A stretch of DNA of 64,000 bases from NCBI GenBank assembly GCA_024654505.1, contig JANLHN010000003.1:132314-196313 (forward strand). Direction: 5' to 3'. Source of the DNA: Nanobdellota archaeon. GTDB lineage: Archaea > Nanobdellota > Nanobdellia > Pacearchaeales > GW2011-AR1. The translations under genes and the position numbers were made by a program. Positions 57,201-64,000 of this stretch are shown here, piece by piece; the stretch's first letter is position 1; each line of letters begins with the position of its first letter. The notes under the pieces were generated by a model. The model worked only from the letters and a program-made list of their open reading frames with translations. It was not told the DNA's origin and made no database searches.

Positions 57201-58280
57201 ATGAAAAAATTCTTTGTTTTGGGTCGTAATCCTACACTCTCGCGTTTGGAAGTTTTATCTTTTTTGGAAGCTAGGAAGAGGGAGTATAAAGAAATTTTAT
57301 TCGATGAGAATCTTTTGGTCTTGGAATTTCCTGGTGAGGAGAAGGTGAATGTTCAGGAGTTTGGAGGTGTTTTAAAAATTGGAGATATATTATTTGAGGG
57401 TGAAGAGAAAGATTTTAGAAATTATTTAGATGGTGAAGAGATTATACCTTCAGATAAATTTTCTTATTCTATTTTTGGGAATGGAGACGAAGATTTAATT
57501 AAACAGAAGTTTAAATCTGAAAAGAAAAAGGCTGTATTAAGGCGTGGCCGTAATCGTATGAAAATGCAAGAGGGTTCTTTTTTGAATGTGGGAAATGCTG
57601 ATTTTTCTTTGTTTTACTATAAAAAAAATGATATGGTCCTATTTGGTTTAGTTAATCAAGACTATAATTACGAGCCCGTTAAGGACCGTGATATGAACAA
57701 ACCCGTTCGAAGAGAGGAATTGGCTATTTCCCCAAGATTGGCTAAAATTCTAATTAATCTTGCAGGTTCTAAACCAGGTTCTTTGCTTTTAGACCCCTTT
57801 TGTGGGATTGGAGGGATATTGCAGGAATCTTTAGTTAAGGGCATTAAGTGTTATGGTATAGACCACAATCAGGAGGCAATAAAGGATGCCGAGAAGAATC
57901 TTAAATGGTTATGTGGAAAGTATAATATTAGGGGAGATTACCGGCTAGAAAATATTGATTCTCGTAAGGCCCCCGATCTACAGTTTGGTTCTATTGCAAC
58001 AGAGACCCCCTTAGGGGTTGTTTTACGTAAGAAACCTAATGATAACCATGCCAAGAAGATAATCCTTGATTTTGAGGCTTTAATGATACCTATCCTTTTG
58101 AGACTTAAGAAAGTTAAGAAGCCGGGTGCTAAAATATCAATTACTTTTCCTGTGGTTAGGGGTTTCCATGTTAATGCCGGGAAGGTTGCCGGGAAGGTTG
58201 GATTAAGGATACTTAACGGACCTATTTTAGAATCTCGTGAGGACCAGTTCATTTCTAGAGATATTGTAGTTTTTGTTTAG
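57201..58280 (+). CDS. THUMP-domain SAM-dependent tRNA/rRNA methyltransferase (Trm11/Trm14-like)
   Basis: The N-terminal ferredoxin-like/THUMP region is followed by the MTase motif I LLDPFCGIGGIL and a class I fold. Confidence 0.55.
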   Translation: MKKFFVLGRNPTLSRLEVLSFLEARKREYKEILFDENLLVLEFPGEEKVNVQEFGGVLKIGDILFEGEEKDFRNYLDGEEIIPSDKFSYSIFGNGDEDLIKQKFKSEKKKAVLRRGRNRMKMQEGSFLNVGNADFSLFYYKKNDMVLFGLVNQDYNYEPVKDRDMNKPVRREELAISPRLAKILINLAGSKPGSLLLDPFCGIGGILQESLVKGIKCYGIDHNQEAIKDAEKNLKWLCGKYNIRGDYRLENIDSRKAPDLQFGSIATETPLGVVLRKKPNDNHAKKIILDFEALMIPILLRLKKVKKPGAKISITFPVVRGFHVNAGKVAGKVGLRILNGPILESREDQFISRDIVVFV

Positions 58281-58327
58281 ATTATTAAAAGCGAAACCTT
58301 TATATACTTATTTCTCCAAGGTATTTC

Positions 58328-58744
58328 ATGGAAAAAACACCTATTTCACAAGGAAATACCTGGAATACCTCAGGAGATATTGAAGCTATGGGGACTGGAG
58401 GAGTAGACTCTCTTAAAGAAGCTATTGAGGAGGTAGATGAGTTAATTAGAAAGAGAGAAATTCTAAGTCAGAGGTTTCTTGCTGAGGGAGAAAAAATGAA
58501 GACAAAGATTAATAATTTCTTGTCTGAAAGTGCTCCTAAGGGAGATGATGATTCTGAATTTGCTCGTGAACGGGCAGAGCTTAGAAAAAAACAGATTGAA
58601 ATTTCTGAGATGCAATTGAATGAAACTGTTGGTGCCTGGAGAGATATCGCCCTTTTGAAAAAGGAATTAAGAGATAGAACCAAGGAATTACATGAAAAAA
58701 CTAGTAGGGCTGAAGCTCTTGGAAGGATTATGGAGGGAGAATGA
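58328..58744 (+). CDS. Coiled-coil protein, translationally coupled to downstream ATPase
   Basis: A 138-aa ORF. Its stop overlaps the start of 58741 (ATGA). Confidence 0.4.
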   Translation: MEKTPISQGNTWNTSGDIEAMGTGGVDSLKEAIEEVDELIRKREILSQRFLAEGEKMKTKINNFLSESAPKGDDDSEFARERAELRKKQIEISEMQLNETVGAWRDIALLKKELRDRTKELHEKTSRAEALGRIMEGE

Positions 58745-60648
58745 CATTTCAACACCCATTAACTGTTGAAGAAATTTGTAATAAACTTCGTCCTGTTTAT
58801 GGAGATAAAGTAGATAAGATTTATTTTCAGTATACCGTAGCAGAAAGTAAAGAAGAAAAGGAAGAAATATTCCATTTTTTGAATGCATTATATCAAAAGA
58901 ACCTAAGTAAACTTCTTGACACTGGTGTTTTGTTAGAACCTCCTAGAGAAGAGATGATTGATGGAACTTATGAACTAGGGACGGTAAGTTATGCTAATAG
59001 GAGACTTTTTCCATTTAAATTGAGGGAAAAAGATTGGCCTAGGCATGTTTGTATTACTGGGATGTCGGGTTCTGGAAAAACGACTTTGGCTTTTAGTATT
59101 GTAGATGCTCTAAAGAAAAATGGTAAGCCTTTTTTGATTTTTGACTGGAAAAAATCTTTTAGGCCGTTGTTAAAAGAAGACCATTCTTTATTATGTTTTA
59201 CTGTTGGAAATGATTTAGTTAGTAACTTGTTTAAAACAAATATAAATCAGCCACCAAGAGGGGTTGCTCCAAAAGAGTGGATTAATGTTTTGGCGGATTT
59301 ATTGACTGAATGTTTCTACGCATCTTTTGGTGTTCATAAAGTTATTTTGGAAACTCTTGATGAGGCATTTAAGGAATGGGGAATTTATAATGGATCTCTT
59401 AATTATCCTACCTGGAATCATATTAAGTGGAGGTTAGAAGAAAAACTAAAGAAACAGACGGGTAGAGAAGGTGGTTGGTTAGAGTCTGCCCTAAGAATTG
59501 CTACAGTACTAACTTTCGGAGAATTTGGAAAGACGGTTAATTATAAGGGAGAGAATAGTGTTTCCGTAGAGGACCTATTGAACCAAAGAGTAATTTTAGA
59601 ACTTAATTCGTTAGGGAATATTGAAAAAACTTTCTTTTGTGATTTTGTTTTAATGTATATTTACAAATTGAAAAAAGTTACACAAACAGAAGTTAATCAC
59701 AGTTTTGATCATGCAATTATTGTTGATGAGGCCCATAATATCTTTCTTAAAAGAGAGACTAATTTTGCTAATGAATCTGTAACTGATATGATTTATAGGG
59801 AAATGAGAGAGTATGGGACAAGTCTTATTTGTTTAGACCAACATATTTCTAAAATATCGGATACAGTTAAGGGAAATAGTGCTTGCCATATGGCTTTTCA
59901 ACAGCAATTACCTGCAGATGTTTCAGACATTAGTGATTTGATGCAACTTTGGGAGAAAAAACATTACTTCTCTCAGCTACCTGTTGGAAGTGCGATTGTA
60001 AAACTTTCTGAAAGATATACAAAACCCTTCTTAGTAGAGGTTCCATTGGCAAATGTTAGGAATTTTGATGTAAATGATGTAGAAGTAAGGAGTAGAATGA
60101 ATGCAATGAGTTTGACTAAAGATTTCGAGAAGAATATCGACGAGGAATTTAATGAAGAAATAATTCAACCAAGGCCTGTCTTTGAAGAATCTGAAAAAGT
60201 TATTAGTGATGAAGAAACAAAACCAAGAAATATTGGAGATATTTTATATAATTTTGTTATTGGTTACTTAAATAAAGGTGTTGAACTCCATGAAGTTGAG
60301 AAGATTTTAGAAGAAAGTAAGTCTCAAGGTGGGTATACTTCTGAAGATATAATTAAGGTCATCAATCGTGTCTTTGAGGAACAAGGAAAAGTAAAGTTTA
60401 AAAAAGAGGAGTCCCCTAATAATCTTGGCGATGGATTAAATCAAAATCCCGATAGGCAAGAATTCCTTGAATTTTTGCAAAAGAACCCGAACCATAATTT
60501 TAGTACAGTTGAACTGTACAAACAAATTGGTCTTTCCCCTAGGAAAGGCACTAAAATAAAAAAGGAGCTCGAAGCCGAAGAGCTCATTCGGGTTGAAGAA
60601 GAAAAGAATGAGAAAGGTTGGAAGAAATATATCCGCCTCGCTCGTTAA
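58741..60648 (+). CDS. HerA/DUF87-family P-loop ATPase with C-terminal winged helix
   Basis: Walker A is ITGMSGSGKTT. PFLIFDWKKSF resembles the HerA L-I-F-D-x-x-G-E-Y region. Walker B is IIVDEAHNIF. The C-terminal wHTH is FSTVELYKQIGLSPRKGTKIKKELEAEEL. Confidence 0.6.
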   Translation: MTFQHPLTVEEICNKLRPVYGDKVDKIYFQYTVAESKEEKEEIFHFLNALYQKNLSKLLDTGVLLEPPREEMIDGTYELGTVSYANRRLFPFKLREKDWPRHVCITGMSGSGKTTLAFSIVDALKKNGKPFLIFDWKKSFRPLLKEDHSLLCFTVGNDLVSNLFKTNINQPPRGVAPKEWINVLADLLTECFYASFGVHKVILETLDEAFKEWGIYNGSLNYPTWNHIKWRLEEKLKKQTGREGGWLESALRIATVLTFGEFGKTVNYKGENSVSVEDLLNQRVILELNSLGNIEKTFFCDFVLMYIYKLKKVTQTEVNHSFDHAIIVDEAHNIFLKRETNFANESVTDMIYREMREYGTSLICLDQHISKISDTVKGNSACHMAFQQQLPADVSDISDLMQLWEKKHYFSQLPVGSAIVKLSERYTKPFLVEVPLANVRNFDVNDVEVRSRMNAMSLTKDFEKNIDEEFNEEIIQPRPVFEESEKVISDEETKPRNIGDILYNFVIGYLNKGVELHEVEKILEESKSQGGYTSEDIIKVINRVFEEQGKVKFKKEESPNNLGDGLNQNPDRQEFLEFLQKNPNHNFSTVELYKQIGLSPRKGTKIKKELEAEELIRVEEEKNEKGWKKYIRLAR

Positions 60649-61026
60649 TCATACTTTCACACATCACGACATCCACACACAAAACCAGTAACGACATGAG
60701 CTTTACCGCCCATCTCAACACTCCAGAAACTCGTGGATAAGCAAGATACTTTCAAATGGAAACTTTTGAGAGAATCTATGTGCTAGTCGTGACTGTGTTT
60801 CTGAAACAAATGCGTCGGAATATCTTAGAAATAAGTGTCTGACGTATGCTCTGATGGTGAAATACGTGTCTTAAGTCACTTAGCTTATACAAAGCGCTGG
60901 ATGTCTCCTTGAGGGAGGGCTTCCAGAGAAACGGGGTGTTCCTGTAGTGGCTGTTTTTTGTCGCCCTGATGGTCGGGGTGATTCTTTTTATCGGCTGAGA
61001 CGAAGGCGTCTCGGGAAGGAGTTCGC

Positions 61027-61272
61027 GTGATTAGGATGGGCAACGGACATAGGAGTTCGGAGAAGAAGGAGGGGAAGGTGAAGATAGTGAGGACACCTGC
61101 TCCCCCTTCTGATGAGGCACTGCTTCAGGAGCGGCTGCGCCAGATGGATGTGGCTTCCGGGAAGCTGCCCAGGATGGGGCGGAAGAAGGGGAACAACGGC
61201 TTCAACGGGGAGTCGAACGGCCAGCAGCTAGATGACCCGCTCCGTTCGATGATCCTCCCCAACCACCTCTAG
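61027..61272 (+). CDS. Small basic ORF in GC island
   Basis: GTG start with AAGGAG upstream. 81 aa. Confidence 0.3.
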   Translation: MIRMGNGHRSSEKKEGKVKIVRTPAPPSDEALLQERLRQMDVASGKLPRMGRKKGNNGFNGESNGQQLDDPLRSMILPNHL

Positions 61273-61281
61273 AAGGGAGGG

Positions 61282-61557
61282 GTGATGGGACGGAAGAAGC
61301 AGTGCTATGGGAGAGAGGGAGTCTGTTTGACTCCTAATTGTCCCTACGCCCTGGGTTGTATCCAGATCTGGGGCAGAGACCGACTCCTTAAGAAGAGGGG
61401 AGTTGGGGTAGAACAAAGCGTGCCGAGGGGCTCGGTGCGTTCCAAGGGCCCGCAGGGCAAAGTGTCCCGGGAAAGAAGAATTGGAGGGAGGATAGTAAGT
61501 GAGCAGACCGATTTTCTCAACACCATCTCAGATGATGGTGGGACTCCCAGAAGTTAG
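61282..61557 (+). CDS. Small Cys-containing ORF in GC island
   Basis: CYGREGVCLTPNCPYALGC in the N-terminus. 91 aa. Confidence 0.3.
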   Translation: MMGRKKQCYGREGVCLTPNCPYALGCIQIWGRDRLLKKRGVGVEQSVPRGSVRSKGPQGKVSRERRIGGRIVSEQTDFLNTISDDGGTPRS

Positions 61558-61843
61558 TGGGGGGAGGAAGGTCTCGGTGGACCGCGCCCTGGAAGTCCTG
61601 GGGTTGACGGCATCCACCTTCAGAGACAAGATACAGAGGGAGGAAGGTTTCGACATGGATAACCTCGTTGCTGGGGGGAAGAAGTTCTCTGCGAAGGGGG
61701 CGCCTCTGGCTGGGGGGGAATTCCTCCTCCGGGTCTTCATCGGAGGAAACATCGAGGCCAGAGTTCTCCTGGACCCTGAACGACAGAGGGTACTCTCAAC
61801 TCAGGAAGTCCAGATGACTAGAGAGGGGGTAGTGGCCCTGTAA
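61499..61843 (+). CDS. Excisionase/AlpA-like HTH protein (in GC island)
   Basis: VSVDRALEVLGLTASTFRDKIQREEGF fits the Xis/HTH_17 pattern L-s-x-x-E-a-a-x-l-L-G-v-S-x-s-T-x-y-R. Confidence 0.35.
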   Translation: MSRPIFSTPSQMMVGLPEVSGGRKVSVDRALEVLGLTASTFRDKIQREEGFDMDNLVAGGKKFSAKGAPLAGGEFLLRVFIGGNIEARVLLDPERQRVLSTQEVQMTREGVVAL

Positions 61844-61872
61844 GAGGTCATGGGCTCCTAGACGGGACGATG

Positions 61873-61931
61873 CTGGGGGTGTGGGCTAGGGAGGAAGTTC
61901 TGCCTACACCCCCAGACAGGCTGATTTTTTT
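61873..61931 (+). terminator. GC-rich hairpin (10-bp stem) followed by T7
   Basis: CTGGGGGTGT...ACACCCCCAG then ...ctgattttttt. The stem includes GGGTGTGGGC, identical to the tRNA-Ser 3'-end core. Confidence 0.35.
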
Positions 61932-62169
61932 AGTAATAGGGTCAAGAAAGAAAGGAGAATCTCATGAGTAACAATCTTTGGACCACGTTTGTTTTTTTGT
62001 TTTTTTGTTTTTTTTTGCCTTTATCTATATACTTTAATATATATGTTGAAGAATATAGGTTGAAAATTGTTTTTTGTTTGAGTTTTTGGGGCTGGCCGCC
62101 CCGAATAAAGAATTTGAAGTTTGTTGGAACCACAACAAACTTTATATAATCCTTGAGATAATCTTTGTT

Positions 62170-64000
62170 ATGGGTGATAAATATGTTCGGTGGTTGTCTT
62201 CTCTTTCTAAAAAAGACTTAAACCTTGCTGGAGGAAAGGGTGCAAACTTGGGAGAGATGTATAATAATAAATTTCCTGTTCCACAAGCATTTGTTGTGAC
62301 GACTGATGCCTTTTTTTATTTTCTTAAGGAAACAAAAATCAAGGATGAAATAAGGGCGTTGTTAAACCGAATTGATGTAGATGATTCGGATAAATTGGCA
62401 AAGATAGCTGAAGAAATTCGAGAAACTATCACTAATGCTAAAATGCCAGAAGTTTTAGAAAGAGAAATTATTGAAGCATATGACCATTTTAATGTTGATT
62501 TGGATGGTTTAAAGAGTTCTCCAGGGGCGCTTTCTATTTTGAGGTCTTCGAGAGAACCTGTTTTTGTTTCTGTGAGGTCTTCGGCAACAGCAGAGGATTT
62601 GGAGGGAGCAAGTTTTGCAGGACAGCAAGAGAGTTTTATTAATGTTCGAGGAAATAAAGAATTAATTGAAAAGGTAAAACGTTGTCTCGCATCTATATTT
62701 ACTGCTCGGTCTCTATTTTATCGTAAGAAGAAGGGCTTTGAAGATTTTGTAGGGATTGCAGCTGTCGTTCAGCGAATGGTTAACTCTGAAAAATCTGGTG
62801 TTATGTTTTCTAGACATCCTGTAAAAAATAATGACGAAATTTTAATTGAGGCTGTTTTTGGTCAGGGAGAGGGAATTGTTTCTGGACAAATTAAACCAGA
62901 CCAACACACAGTTAGTAGGGATTTTAAGATTCTTGATGAAAAAATATCTGATAAAAAAATTGAAATTATCCGAACCTCTGGAGGACAAACAAAAACTAAA
63001 GAGTTAGGACCAGAGAAATCTAAGGGCCGTGTTTTGAAAACTTATGAGATTAAACAATTAGCAGAGTTTGCAATTAAACTTGAGAACCATTATAAGAAGC
63101 CGCAAGATATTGAGTTTGCTATTGAAAATGGAGAAATATATATTTTACAAACTCGCCCAATGACTGCACTGAAAAAAGATTATAAGGAAATGGAAGAACT
63201 TGAAGGTCATCTTTTAACGAGTGGTTTGGCTGCATCTCCAGGGGTTGCTTCTGGTCCTGTGAGAATTGTTAATTCTATGGAGGATTTGGGAAAGGTTCGT
63301 GATGGAGATATTCTAGTTACTACAATGACTAATCCTGATATGGTTGTTACTATGCAAAAGGCTGCTGCGATTGTAACTAGTGAGGGAGGTGTTACTGCCC
63401 ACGCCGCGATTGTGTCAAGAGAAATGGGAATTCCTGCCGTCGTCGGAACAAGTGATGCGATGGATGTTTTGACTGATGGAATGGAAGTAACAGTTGATGG
63501 TTTTAATGGAAGAGTTTTTGCTGGAAAAGCTGAAAATAAAAGTGTGAAGATTCTTCCAATAGTGCATACAAAAACCAAAATTAAAGTTTTGGTCGATTTA
63601 CCTCAATTTGCAGAGAGGGCAGCAAAGACCGAAGCTGATGGTGTTGGTTTGGTGAGGCTTGAAGGCTTAATTGCTAGCTCAGGTAAACATCCCTTGGCCT
63701 ATGAAGGAGAAAACAAATTAGAAGAATATCAGGAAATGTTGAAAAAAGGGCTTCTTAAAATTGCAGAGGTCTTTATCGGAAAACCTATTTGGGTTAGAAC
63801 ATCAGATATACGAAGTGATGAGTACTCAAATCTTGAAGGAGCACCTAAAGAAATTGAAAAAAATCCTATGCTTGGAGATCATGGAATTCATTTTTCGTTG
63901 AAACATCCAGAAATTTTAAAAGCCGAACTTAAGGCAATTAATGAACTTACGAAAAAAGGACATAAATTTGGTGTAATGTTTCCTCAGATAATCTCTGTCG
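62170..64000 (+). CDS. ppsA: Phosphoenolpyruvate synthase (PEP-utilising enzyme), 3'-truncated by window end
   Basis: The N-terminus is MGDKYVRWLSSLSKKDLNLAGGKGANLGEM. The phospho-His motif is GGVTAHAAIVSREMGIP. The ORF is absent from the ORF track because no stop occurs before the window end. Confidence 0.85.
   Translation, partial: MGDKYVRWLSSLSKKDLNLAGGKGANLGEMYNNKFPVPQAFVVTTDAFFYFLKETKIKDEIRALLNRIDVDDSDKLAKIAEEIRETITNAKMPEVLEREIIEAYDHFNVDLDGLKSSPGALSILRSSREPVFVSVRSSATAEDLEGASFAGQQESFINVRGNKELIEKVKRCLASIFTARSLFYRKKKGFEDFVGIAAVVQRMVNSEKSGVMFSRHPVKNNDEILIEAVFGQGEGIVSGQIKPDQHTVSRDFKILDEKISDKKIEIIRTSGGQTKTKELGPEKSKGRVLKTYEIKQLAEFAIKLENHYKKPQDIEFAIENGEIYILQTRPMTALKKDYKEMEELEGHLLTSGLAASPGVASGPVRIVNSMEDLGKVRDGDILVTTMTNPDMVVTMQKAAAIVTSEGGVTAHAAIVSREMGIPAVVGTSDAMDVLTDGMEVTVDGFNGRVFAGKAENKSVKILPIVHTKTKIKVLVDLPQFAERAAKTEADGVGLVRLEGLIASSGKHPLAYEGENKLEEYQEMLKKGLLKIAEVFIGKPIWVRTSDIRSDEYSNLEGAPKEIEKNPMLGDHGIHFSLKHPEILKAELKAINELTKKGHKFGVMFPQIISV

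Larger units (their letters stand above)
60650..61931. other. G+C-rich compositional island (putative foreign insert)
   Basis: The sequence switches abruptly from AT-rich to G/C-run-rich (ggggcggaagaaggggaacaacggc...). Three small ORFs on the + strand. Ends at a GC hairpin plus T7. Confidence 0.6.

Noticed and set aside
60650-61931. rRNA or other large structured RNA as explanation for the GC-rich segment
   Set aside because: No recognisable rRNA signature blocks. The segment instead contains protein-like ORFs with SD-like sites.

Overview
This is a strongly AT-rich, gene-dense window that looks archaeal, and its small-genome, cell-surface-protein-rich content points to a DPANN-type lineage. 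Clear archaeal hallmarks are present: Elp3 (radical-SAM plus GNAT), a group II chaperonin (thermosome), ribosomal proteins uS10, L35Ae and L10e, TruD/Pus7, an XPD/Rad3-type Fe-S helicase and a DEAD-box helicase with an RGG tail. Housekeeping enzymes include ExoIII, TrxB, two paralogous circularly permuted GTPases, several SAM-dependent methyltransferases and PEP synthase, which runs off the 3' end of the window. Many genes encode secreted or membrane-anchored surface proteins (BNR/Asp-box repeats, Cys-rich CGDG/EECD repeats, C-terminal TM anchors with basic tails).

Six tRNA genes (Ser-GGA, a second class-II tRNA, Asp, Gly, Tyr, Val) encode no CCA. Almost every one is flanked by short direct duplicates of its own termini, a systematic architecture that gene annotation does not explain. 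Pseudo-5' ends sit 54-59 nt upstream and share an AAAG(T/G)AAC motif. Pseudo-3' ends sit downstream after 58-120 nt hairpin-containing elements. The Ser locus carries a whole array of such 3'-end mimics.

The accessory content worth a second look is:
- a putative island next to tRNA-Asp holding a wHTH protein, an RHH protein, a metallophosphoesterase and a 1252-aa DUF4011 / Upf1-like helicase / DUF559-endonuclease fusion
- a roughly 1.3-kb G+C-rich insert (60.65-61.93 kb) with an excisionase-like HTH ORF and a terminator-like hairpin
- a HerA/DUF87-type ATPase with a coiled-coil partner
- an orphan Cas4-like Fe-S nuclease
- a Zot/packaging-type P-loop ATPase
- a gene-poor 1.2-kb stretch with tiny Shine-Dalgarno-driven poly-Lys peptides

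No CRISPR array and no rRNA genes were seen. All calls rest on motif recognition by eye in the supplied translations; no database search was run.
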